In this document: piece by piece, positions 16,835-31,697 of the stretch
Numbering within the stretch: position 1 is the first letter of the stretch
Layout of the letters: each line of letters opens with the position of its first letter
NCBI RefSeq assembly: GCF_009914755.1
Contig: NC_060925.1
Strand: one strand, 5' to 3'
Length of the DNA: 64,000 nt
Source of the DNA: the human T2T-CHM13v2.0 reference genome, Homo sapiens
Program-made: the position numbers and the translations under genes
Notes under the pieces: model-generated
Told to the model about the DNA's origin: nothing
Database searches by the model: none
Seen by the model: the letters and a program-made list of their open reading frames with translations, nothing else

Positions 16835-17312
16835 AGTATTAGTCAGTATTCTCCAGGGAACAGAACCAAAAGAATATACAGGAATATGCATATGCACACC
16901 CAAACATGTATAAATGTGCATGCACCAACCAAGTCCATATGTTTTATATGCTATAAAACATATAACATGAAAATGCATATGTATATATGGAAAGAACTTT
17001 ATTATAAGGAATTGGCTCACATAAATATGGAGGTTGAGAAGTCCCAAGAGCTTCAGTCGGCAAGCTGGAGACCCAGGAGAGCTAATGGTGTAGTTACAAT
17101 CTGAGTCCCAAAACCTGAGAACCAAGAGAGCCAATGTTGTAAGTTCCACTCCAAATCTGAAGGCCTGAGAACAAGGAGAGCTGGTAGCATAAGTTCCATA
17201 AGTTCCTGGTAGCATAAGTTCCAAGGGCAGGAAAAGATGGATGTTCCACCTTAAAGACAGGCAGAAGTTCTCTCTTATTCAGGCACACCAGGGTTTGTTC
17301 TATTCAGGTCTT
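16835..17312 (-). mobile_element. MLT2-like ERVL LTR
   Basis: GTATTAGTCAGTATTCTCCAG...AAGGAATTGGCTCAC...GCAAGCTGGAGACCCAGGAGAGC. Confidence 0.85.
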
Positions 17313-18199
17313 CAGGATACAGTGTCACAGAAGCCTAATCTCAAAATATCTATGAGTAAGCCAAGAAAGAAAGGTCTGCCTTGCAAAGAATGTTGAGTGT
17401 AGTTTTTGTCTAATGGAGTGTGCTATAGTCTTGTACAAAGTTTCCAAGGGAGTTACATTAGCATGAACTAAAACAGACAGTGACAATTCAAAATAAAGAG
17501 AAGTTTCTTTGCTCCTGAGTTTTTAGGAGTGAGAAGCAGTCTGAGGACACTACTCAGCTGTAGACATGGCTATTCCTTACAGAAAAGAACGTCACAGAGG
17601 GCTCTCGGTCATGAACCCAGGGTTAGCAGCTGAGAGTGAGTGCCTCCCTGAACTGTACATCCTGGGTGCCTTGCTCACCCTACCCTAGCCCTGGCCCTGG
17701 GTTCTAGCACCACTTCTGTCACTAACTATTGTATGTCCATAGCAAGTGACTATCTTCCTGGGCCTCTCTTTTGTCATCAGTAAAATGAGAGACGTGGACT
17801 ATTGAATCTTAAACTTCTCTGCGAAATCTTTAAAATAATGGGATCCTCTCTGGCACAGTCTTACTCTAGAGCTCTGAGGATGGAAAAATTAGACATAAAC
17901 AAAAGAGGGAGAACCATGTGGCCAAAAGGCAGGAAGAAAATGGCTAAATCAATTTAAGCTGTCTTCTAAGCAAGAGTGGAGAGAAAGCTTCACAGTTATC
18001 AATTTGGCTATAAGTAGAAAACAAATAATTAGGGTGATAACAGAGTTGGGATGGTGGCAGCCAAAGGTTGCTAATCACTACATACAGGTAAATGAGGTCT
18101 TGGACCAGGTTTCAGAATATTATGGTGTGAGCCTCGTTGTGAAGCAAGGCCTGGTTCAAACACGAGCCTTTTATTTATAAACAAGTTCCAGCAGGAGGG

Positions 18200-18580
18200 G
18201 GAGAGTATGCTGTGGATTAACTAGGAAATTTCATTGACTCTAGCAAAGTTGAATTGGTAGAGGGCATGACGATGGGTGTTCTGCCTCATGGAATCTTTCA
18301 GGGACCCAGACTGATGGAGGCTCTGCCATTGTCAACATGTGGCTTCTGAGGTCCTCCTGGGGGCAGATATCCAGCCAGCAGACAGGGAAGAGAGAAAGCG
18401 AAGCACTGGGCCCGATGTGGCACACAGCATTCTCTCTGCCTCAGAGAGAACAATTCGGAGAGGCCACCTGCCAGCACTCAGTCACATGGCCACTCAAGCA
18501 CATGGAAGGTGGGGACAGGTGGTCTAGCCGGATGCCTGGGAAGAAGGGAAATAGGTGGATGTGGTGGTGAGAAACAACTG
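18200..18580 (-). mobile_element. MLT1J-like LTR
   Basis: TTCAGGGACCCAGACTGATGGAGGCTCTGCCAT and TCAGTCACATGGCCAC motifs. Confidence 0.65.
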
Positions 18581-18635
18581 GGAGTAATTCTGAATGACAA
18601 TGGAGTGGAGTACATTTCAAAGTCATTATCACAAT

Positions 18636-19034
18636 CGATATGGTTTGGATATTTGTCCCCTCCAAATCTCATGTTGAATTGTAATCCCCAGTGTTGGAGG
18701 TGGGGTCTGGTGGGAAGTGTTCAGATTATGGGGGCAGATTCCTCATGAATGACTTTGTGCCATCCCTGGGTGATGAATGAGTTCTCACTCTGAGTTCACC
18801 TGAGCTCTGGTTGTTTAAAAGTGTATGGCACCTCCCCTTCTCTCTCACTCCCACTCTCTCCATGTGACACGTCTGTACTGGCTTTGCCTTCTGCCATGAT
18901 TGTAAGCTTCTGAGGGCCCCACCAGAAGCAGATCCTGTAGAGCCTGAGAGCCACAAGCCAATTATACCTCTTTTCCTTATAAATTACCCAGCCTTGGGTA
19001 CTTCTTTACAGCAATGCGAGAGCAGCTTAATACA
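18636..19034 (+). mobile_element. MST (MSTA/MSTB-like) solo LTR
   Basis: GATATGGTTTGGATATTTGTCCCC...TAATACA; perfect 5-bp TSD ACAAT (18631-18635 / 19035-19039). Confidence 0.93.
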
Positions 19035-19494
19035 ACAATTATTACAGTTTTTGCTTTGAAGCTTTAAAAAAACAATGTTATGTAGAACCTAAATTTATAA
19101 AGCATATAAAAGCAGAGTGTTCTCTTTGAAGCACAGGTTTTGGAATAGGTAAAATTGGGTTCATAGCTAACTTTTGCTCCACATGTCCACTCCAGGCTTA
19201 GGAGACCCTGAACCCAATGGTTAAGAGCATTCACTTTGGGGCCAACCAAATCTGGGTTAACTGATTAAATGACAGTTCTGCTATTTATTAGCTGTGGGAT
19301 CTTGCTCTATTTTTGCAGATCTCAGTGACCCTGAATGGGGACTATAAAATGGGGACTATATTACTCTATCTCATGGGGTTGTGAGGAAAATTAAATGAAT
19401 ATTATTAGATAAATTGTTTACTACCTGCCTGACACATTACAAGGTAATCAATAAATAATAATATGTGTATTATTGCTCTTAAAAGGCAGTAACT

Positions 19495-19777
19495 GGCCGG
19501 GCATGGTGGCTCACGCCTGTAATCCCAGAACTTTGGGAGGCCGAGGCGGGCGGATCACAAGGTCAGGAGATCGAGACCATCTTGGCTAACACGGTGAAAC
19601 CCCATCTCTACTAAAAATACAAAAAATATTAGCCGGGCCTGGTGGCGGGCGCCTGTAGTCCCAGCTACTCAGGAGGCTGAGGCAGGAGAATGGTGTGAAC
19701 CCGGGAGGCGGAGCTTGCAGTGAGCCGAGATAGCGCCACTGCAGTCCGGCCTGGGCGAAACAGGGAGACTCCGTCTC

Positions 19778-19801
<24 letters not shown>
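19495..19801 (+). mobile_element. AluY (possibly Yk-like)
   Basis: GAGATCGAGACCATC, GGCTAACACGG, GGAGCTTGCAG; CpG-rich; long pure A tail; TSD AAAAGGCAGTAACT / AAAAGGCAGTACCT. Confidence 0.96.
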
Positions 19802-19809
<8 letters not shown>

Positions 19810-21237
19810 GTACCTCTGAAAGAATTCGATTCTCCAGGCAGCAGTGCCCCAGGGATGAAAGCTGAAAGCCTTGGTCAGGATTTACTCAAACACTACCAAG
19901 TCAGCCAAAGACATGGCCTATACCAGTCAATGAAATAAAAGGCATTCCTGACATTTCAATAGTAGAGGGCTACCCATGCAGATGCCTGGGACTGCCTGTG
20001 ACTACAGTTACACTGGAAACCTCAGTCAGATTCCCAGCCCCCACCCCAGATGGCCTCAATAGTGGAGTCTGATGCTTCTCATTAAAGACTAGCCAGACCA
20101 CTCTTCATGAGCCTTCCTCTTTTTTATTGTGAGGGTCTTAATTCCTCTCCATTCTCCCCATTTTCAAGTGAAATATATCTTCGAGAATAAAAGGAGATCC
20201 AATGCGGTATGCTTTTTAGAAGTGCAACATCTTATTGGCCATATAATGAAACAAAGCTAACATTGGGAGATGGAAATAATTACCAAGAAAAATGGGAATG
20301 TGGAGTTTTTTGTTTTTTGTTTTTTAAACACAATGATATAAATGTCCTGGTATTGGTTGATGTTAGGACCAGAGAATCCTTAGTACCATCTAGTTGGATG
20401 CTGGGATTTCAAGCCATGATATTGAGAGTTGAGTCCTGATTCCACCACTTAATTGTAATGTGACTTTGAGCTAGCTTTATTTTCCTCAGATGTAAACCGA
20501 GAGTAATAATAATACCTACTTCTTGCAGTTCTATGAGAGTCCAATGAGATCATGCATATGAAGACTGCAGTGTAAACTGTAAAGAGCTATGTGGACATTC
20601 AATGTTGTTTTTATTTTGTATCCTTTCAGTTTCACAAGTATTATGATTTCTGAGACCCTCTGCTGGGCACAGGAGATGCAAAGATGAAGGAGGAACTCAC
20701 AGTGTGGTGTGGGAGCAATGGAACTGAAGTTGATCCAACGCCAGGAAAGGATGAGTACCAGAATGGTTTTCCCATCCTACCCCTACTGCACTCTGCCAAA
20801 GGACAGGGACTAGCCTCCACTGTGGGATCATTACTCACAGATGGTCAGACCAAGCATCTTCCCCTGGTCATGGGTGGGCCAATCATATTTCCCTCCCAAG
20901 ACTGTGGAATTGGGGCACAAATTGAGTTAGTGAGTGGTAGGAGATGCATCTGTGAAGTATGGGAACCAAGGCAGGGTTGTTTTTTTGTGGGTGGGCTGCA
21001 TGTTTTGAGGCTTTGTATATTAAAGAACAAGCAGAGAGATCTTGTTTGCAAAGAGAAATGAGAGGCAAGCAGACATGTAGCAAGAAACAGCAACTATAGA
21101 GCCAAACAGAGAGAGAGAGAGAATTCTCCTTGGGCTTTTCCAGTTATGAAGCCAGAATGTTTTTCTGTTCTTGGGTAAAAGTGAGGTATATATTCCTAGA
21201 GTCATGTAATATATACTTCCCCTCACCTCTCTAAACA

Positions 21238-21529
21238 TTTTTTTTTAGACAGTCTCGCTCTGTCACCCATACTGGAATGCAGTGACGTGATCACTGCTCA
21301 CCGTACCCTCGACCACCTAGGCTCAAGTGATCTCCCACCTCAGCCTCCAGAGTAGCTGAGACAACAGGCATGTGCCACCATGCCTGCCTGGCTAATTTTT
21401 TTTTTTTTTTATAGAGACAGGGACTTGCTACTGTGCCAGGGTTGGTCTCAAACTCCTGGGCTCAAGTGATCCTCCCACCTCGGCTGTCCTAAGTGCTGGG
21501 ATTATAGGCATGAGTCACTGCACCTGACC
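21238..21529 (-). mobile_element. AluJ
   Basis: Antisense J-type dimer; TSD TCTAAAC. Confidence 0.92.
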
Positions 21530-22310
21530 TCTAAACTGATTTTGATTGGGTTTCTCTTACTTAGAATCAACAAACCCAGAGTAAAACAAGATAACCCTAT
21601 AAAATGTCGTGGGACCATGAAAATAGCACTACATTCTCCCAGGACAAGCTGAAGTTGAGGGGAGTCTAACTCCCTCTTTTTATTAAAGTGGATACCGACA
21701 CCCAGATTGAGGTGAAGTGATGCCCCAAGTTCACATACCTGGTAAGTGCAAAGCCAGGACTTCAACCTAAGTCTGCAACCGTAGTTCAAGAGAAAGATTT
21801 GGCTCCAGGATGTCCGTCAATTAAGGGAATAAGTGCAAACAAGAAGCCCCTTGCTCCCTCCTGTCTGCTTATCAAATCTCAAGTTAAACCTAATTTAAGC
21901 CTCCCCTCATCTCTGTGCTACCCTGGTACTTCCTTTTCCTCTTATTTGGCCTCTTATCACGGGCTTCCTTTCATTGCTCTTTGGAGTCTGGTTTATCCCC
22001 CAACCTCACCTGTTGGATGAAAATAACCGAGTCTTTGTTCGTTTTCTGGCTGGCAAGTATGTAAAGCAAAGAAACAAGTCTTGAATCTTTCACCCAGCTG
22101 GAAGGCAGAATTCTGTGTAGAAAGGGCAGAGGGTTTCGTAGTCTTGTCTGGGGTCAAATCTTTTTTTGCTTCTTTCTTATTTATAACTATTTTATTTACA
22201 TTATAGAAGATCTGAAAATCCATCAAACAAAATTGTTATTATCCCACCTTCAAGCAATAAGTATTTTTAACAGAGTGATATCTACTTCCCTGTATGGATC
22301 TATTTCCTCA

Positions 22311-23664
<1,354 letters not shown>

Positions 23665-25304
23665 TATGATCAAATTTTGATTCTGCCTTTTACTAATTGT
23701 ATGATGTTGGGACTAATGCTGGTTAGCTATGATGATAATTATTTACTAAGCATTTTCCATTTGTCAAATACCATGCTGTGTGCTTTATATGTTACCTATT
23801 TAATATCCATAACAACTCCGAGAAATAGGGGAGGTTATTCCATGTTCACAGAAGACAAAACTGAAGCCTACAGAAGTGACATAGATAACTACACAGTTAA
23901 CAAGAGGCAGAGCTGTGATGAAAAGCACCAGCTCCTCAATTTCTATTCAGGATCAGGGGTTGCAGCCTAGTTGCAAAGGAAACTGACTTAAATCCAAATG
24001 TGTATAACAAACACATTACTTTAAGTTAGAATGTGTTAAAAATTAATACAAATTGCAAAACTTATTTCTACAAATGCTTGGACTTGATTGAGAAAACATC
24101 GAGTTCCCATATCAAAAACTAAGGACACCGAAATGGGTGGCTTTGGGGGTGCTGAAGACCAGGATGTAGCCCTCTCAGAAGTGTGGCCCTGAATTCCTGC
24201 TCTCCTTGGGGGCAGCATGGTGCTTCTCCAAGACTGCCCGAGATGTGCGTGATGGAGTGTCTGTTCCCAAAGCAAAGGACAGGAACAGAGAAGTGTGTGA
24301 GTATGTTTGCTCCGGAAACAATAAGGGAAAAAATCATGAAGTGAGTTGAAATATTTCATCTGTGATTAATCACTGGGAAAAAAACATTTTCCAATAATTA
24401 GACCAAGTTAATGGGCCTAGCAAAGCCCACAGTCTCTGCTCTTCATCTGTTAGTTATAAATGGAGCCACAGAAGCCTCCGGGGCTGGAGCCGGGGCCCAA
24501 GAAAAGCCTCAGTGTTTACATTATTGTTTTAATATTTGGCAAAAAAAAAAAAGTATCTAAATCTTTGGTCATCATTCAGATGTTAGCATTCAGAGCCTTT
24601 ATAGACTCAGCACTTGTTTTTATTTCCTGTCCTCCAATTTAAACAGAGACAGCAGGAAGGAGGCTGTTGACAAGATGATGGTTATGCCAACTCCAAGCCT
24701 AGTGTTCTCCTGGGGCCTGCCAGGCCACCCCCACTGTAGCCCTTCACCCGGGGTCCTGCATCTCGGCCTTTCTCTCTAACCTTCTAGACCCTTCCTTGAA
24801 TTCATGTCTCTTACTCTTCTCTTCCTCCTCATGTTTCCCCTCCCAATTGGGCTAGTCACATGTCATCATGTATGTTGAAGTATTTTGTGATTGGTATTGA
24901 ATAAAAAGAGCCCCCACCTCTTAAGTATCTCCTGGGTATTTTATAGGTTTTACTTAATTTAATTCTCACCACAAGCCTACAAGGAATATTCTATTATCTC
25001 CATCCCAGTGAGAAATCTTTATCCTGGTCAGGAGGCTAAACAACTTCCCCAAAGTCACAGATCAGACATTCACACCTAGGTTTCTAGAATTCTAAAACTC
25101 ATGATCATACTGATTGACTTATGCTGTTGTTGTCACTATGAATAATAATTACTGTTAATAGTTAATGTTATTAAAGACAAGACTAATAATTCTTTTGAAG
25201 ATCTTAACTATCTGTCACGTGAATTGTTAGCCCTCCAAAGAATATCGTATCATAATAAGCAAACGCAAGTTCCCTTTAAGATTAGCCATAAGAATCTGAG
25301 TGTC

Positions 25305-25738
25305 AATCACCTACACCAGATAATGTCTTTTGACGGTCAGTACGCTCCCCATCACTGTCTTTTGTACCACAGACACTGAAAACCTAGAAATTAGATTTCC
25401 CAGAGTCCCTTCCAGCAGGGGCTCTGCCAATGAGAGATATTCAGATGACATTTGGAAGATGAATAAGGGGAAGACGTTGTTTTCTGGAGGCAGCTGCGGG
25501 GTTTCTAGGTACCATCCTGAGAATCATCACTAGGTGCTGCGGGTAGCCTAGGTCCTGGTAGCGGCTTTGCCAGGATTCCTGGTAAACAGATTCCTTGGTA
25601 GTGAGCAGCAGTCTTCCCAATCATTGCTCCCCAGCCCTTCCAAGGATTGTGTAAGCCTCTATCTCCTCATACTAAATTCGCTTCCAACCTGAAATGCCTA
25701 CAGTAACTTCTATTTTCCTGACAACCATGACTGATACA
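25305..25738 (+). mobile_element. LTR33-like ERVL LTR
   Basis: ATTTCCCAGAGTCCCTT, CTCTGCCAATGAGAG; ends TTCTATTTTCCTGAC...TGACTGATACA. Confidence 0.7.
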
Positions 25739-26339
25739 TTGCCCAAGGTAATGAATCATTAATAATAAAATTAAAGCAATCAAAAAATAAGATATATTGA
25801 TTACCTACTATGTTCAAGACATTGTTTTTGATGTTTGAATAGCAACATTAATAAGAAAGAATCCTTTCCTTTGAAGAAGTTAATGTTTTTATGCTTCTAA
25901 AATATTCATTGAATAAATGAATACAAACAGTGAGAGAAAGAGAAATTTAGAAACTCTATTGTCCAGAACAATAGAATGAGTTTGGACTAGAGGGCAAGAA
26001 ATAACTGGGATCACATCCTGGTTCTGCAATCCACTTACTGTTTAACTACGGACTGTCACTGCAGAGCCTCTTAACATATTTTCCTATCTTTAGTCTCACC
26101 CTGTGGAAGCTATGTGGGTTTCGGATTTGGGTGGACCAAGGTCAGCCACTCCTTAATGGTTATTGACATAGACTAATATTTTCCATCTGTAAAATAGGTT
26201 TTAAAGGCACCAAAATGAGCGCATAAAGACAGAAGTCAAAATTGTTCAGTTTCCGTGCAGCAAAGCATTTAATGAATGTGGCCTATAATGAAAAGTTTTA
26301 ATTCTTTCTTCAGGTCTTCCTCAAACATTTAAGGATCTC

Positions 26340-26819
26340 TGTGACGGCTGGCCTCCAAGGCCCCCAGTGATTCTCACTTCCTGGTATTCATACTCTTATA
26401 TAGGTCCCTTCCCCCAACACCAGAGAGGTCTGACTTGTGTTACTAGTTGGATATTGCTAAAATGACTGTGTGTGACTTCTGACATTGCCACATCCATCTT
26501 GCTATTTCCTGGATTACTCAATCTGGGCGTGGGGGGGTGGGGAGATGCAAGTTACCATGCCATGAGGATGCTCAGTGGAGAGATCCATGTGGTGGGGAAC
26601 TGAGGCCTCTTGCCCACAGCCATGTGGGTAGGTCATCATGAAAGTGGTTCTTGTCAGCCTAGTCAAGCCTGGCCAATACCTCACTGCATGATGGACTCTG
26701 AGCCAGAACCTCCCAGCTAAGCTACTACCAAACCCCTGACCCACTGAAACTGTGTGAGATAAATATTTATATTATTTTAGGCCAAGTTTTGCAATACTTA
26801 GGTGCATATAATGAATACA
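26340..26819 (+). mobile_element. MLT1E/F-like LTR
   Basis: GGCCCCCAGTGATTCTCACTTCCTGGTATTCA...GAGCCAGAACCTCCCAGCTAAGC...GAATACA. Confidence 0.8.
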
Positions 26820-27752
26820 GGGTCCAAAAATTCAGTTCACAGAAATGCATTAAATCACTTGCCCTGTCCTCTGCTCTAGCACTCCATTCTTGGGAGCCTC
26901 TTACCCTTCCGCCCTAACAGAACCTTCTCACCAGCTTTCCCTGTTGCAGCTGGTTATACTCGCATCCCCTTTAACCTCACCACAGCGACTCCCACATGAC
27001 AAGTGCCTGAGAAGTCACGTCTTCTCACAGAGAACAGCCTGTCCAGGGATTATATTTCTTCTGTTTTTGTTGCTTTTCCCCTAAAAAAAATCTGTTTCTG
27101 CCACTTTCATCTTTTCTATACTTAGAGACGTTGGGGGGTGGGGTGGGGGTGGTGCGGCAGGGGATAGAGAGTGGAGAATGACGCCAAGTGGACTAAGGAG
27201 GAGTGACAGCTGTGAAGTGGTTTATCCATGACAGAATACATCAGGTCCTTGTAGGAATTAACAGTGGCTTATCCATTACAGAACACATCGGGTCATTGTA
27301 AGAACTAAACAGGGTGGTGCGTTTACCATGCCCGGTAGCGTGTCTGACAAACAGTCTGTCTTAGTTCCTTCCTGTCTCGCCAGGCCCTATCACCTCTCTT
27401 ACAGCCATACAGAACCACTTGGAGTTCACCTCCATCTTTCACATCTACTTGCATTGGGATTTTCTGTTCCCTCTGAAAGGAATGCTGTGTCTGTTCTTGT
27501 CTATTTGGTTACCTCTTAGGCAATCTACAAAATCAGCTCAAGTTCTAACAGTTTTGGAAAGCCTTCTTTGACCTCCCCAGGACAATAATACTGTCCACCT
27601 CTCTGCTGTGTTCCCATTTCTCAATTATTAGCATTTTACCATTGCTATAATTACATTCTTACATGTTACCCGTTGACTGATCCAGGAGGACCTCAGGGGC
27701 AGGGAATATATTCTCATGTTTATAGCCTCTACTCCTAGCACAGAACTTTTCA

Positions 27753-28560
<808 letters not shown>

Positions 28561-29230
28561 AGAAGAAATTAAAAAAAGAAGTTAAATTTTCTCATCTAAA
28601 ATGTCTAAGAAATATAATTAGATATTTAAAGGAATAAATTTCATTTATCTGGGAAATTCACTTGTCTAGAATTTTTTTAATCCCCCAGTGATGTCCAATG
28701 AGAAAGACACGCTGTACCTATCTGCCCAACTAGATGGTAAGCCTGTTGAAGGCAGAAATTATTTCTTCATTCATTTATTCATTCAGCAAATATAGAGCAT
28801 CTTCCAAAAGTTAGGTATAGAGCATCTTCTGAAAGTTAGGCACTGGGCTGACACAAAAAGAAGATAAGGTCTTTGTCAAGTGCAGGAGACAGACACATCT
28901 GCCCATCCTCTGTGGTGTCTGGGAGGGACACCGGGGTGGCAATTAAGATCAACAAATCGTTTCATGACTGCTTAAGTTACCAGGAATAGGAAGAGCAAAG
29001 AAGAGAACAGGAAATTGGGGCCTGGAAAGAATGCTAATTTGATCCAGGTTGAAGACACTGTAAAGGGAGTTATGAAAGAGAATGCCAGTTGAGAGACCTG
29101 GTCAGTTAGGAAAGAAGTGCATTCAGGGATCAGCTGAAGGAAAGGCTGACTCATTAGGAACTTGCCAAGAGAGTGAGAGAGCCCAGAAAGAAAGGACAGT
29201 GGGTTCCCAATGGTCAGAGTGAAGAAAGTG

Positions 29231-29520
<290 letters not shown>

Positions 29521-30111
29521 CTAGGGAGGCAATAGCCAGCCAGGTCTTAACCCCTAAGCATCCTCAGAAACCAAGTCAGATGGAGTCAAAGAAGATTCTG
29601 TCTGCATTCCCTACCCTCAGCTGTCCTTGAAGTCCCATCCATCAGTCACCCTGCCGCCAGAATGCCCTTTCTTCAGAGTCCTGCCTATAAGCTTTCTGTG
29701 GCCCTGCCCTGCCTGCACAATAACCTCCTTCATCTGGAATTAATGCCTGCACACATCAGTCTCTAACCAATATCTAGACTTGTTTCTGTCCTTCGATCCA
29801 TGTAGAATTTGGTTAATCACATTATATATTTTTTGCATATTTTATCTCTCCCACTGTCCCGTGGGCAGGGTCTATATTGTATTCATCCTTGTGGACCAGC
29901 AGCTAACTCAGCACTTGCTAAGTGACTGGCGAGGCAGTGTGGTCACATGACCAAGTGGTTAGTGAGGGCACGCAGGTTTGATGCCTGGTTCCTGCACTTA
30001 GTCACTGTAGAATCTAGGTTAAGTTATCTGACTTCTCTATATTCAAAATTCAGGGTCTTAGTTGCATGTGCCTCTTGGTTATTATGAGGTCACACGAAAT
30101 AACACATGTAA

Positions 30112-30430
<319 letters not shown>

Positions 30431-30734
30431 AGCACAAAGACCTTAATTAAAAGCTTGATATTATTGCTAACTGAATTTGGGAAATTCAAGATTAAACTCT
30501 GACAACTTTCAAAATTCCAGCCCAACTTTAAGAGTCAGATTCTATAAAACCAGTCATCATAACAGCTAGTAATAGACATTTCTATGTAGAAAATTTTGTG
30601 ATTAACAAGGCATGCTTTATCCTTTTTCAGCATCTCTAGTCCAGCACCAGGAAGTGGGGAACAGACTTTTAATAAATGTCCGTGCAACAGGATACAGAAA
30701 GCTGACAGCCTCTTCTCAATGTGGGTGGACACCA

Positions 30735-31150
30735 GGTATTAGCTTCCTAGGGCCGCTCTAACAAATCACACAAACTGAGTGGCTTAAAACAACAGAAATT
30801 ATTCTCTCACATTCTGGAGGCCAGAAGTCCGAAATCAAATTGTTGGCAGAGCTTTAATCTTTTCAGAGGCTCTAGAGGGGAACTCCTTCCTCGTCTCTTC
30901 CAGCTTCTTGTGGCTTCAAGTGATTCTTGGCTTGCGACAGCTTAACTCCAATCTCTGCCTCTGTCTTCATGTGGCCTCTTCTGTGTGTCTGTGTCTTCTG
31001 TCTTTTATAAGGACACTTGTCATTGGATTTAGGGCTTACTCAGGTAATTCATGATGATTTCATCTCAAGATCTTTAAATTAATTGCATCTGCAAAGGCCC
31101 TTTTTCCAAATAAGGTCACATTCACAGGTTCCAGATGGACATATCTTTAT
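30735..31150 (-). mobile_element. MLT1B/C LTR
   Basis: GTATTAGCTTCCTAGGGC...GGCTTAAAACAACAGAAATT...CCAAATAAGGTCACATTCACAGGTTCC. Confidence 0.88.
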
Positions 31151-31247
31151 GAGGTAAATAATATTATTCCATCTTGCATATGAGCAAAGTGAGGTAAGAG
31201 AGAGTAAGTAAATTGCCGAAGGTCATGTAGCTAGTAGGTAAGCCTGA

Positions 31248-31697
<450 letters not shown>

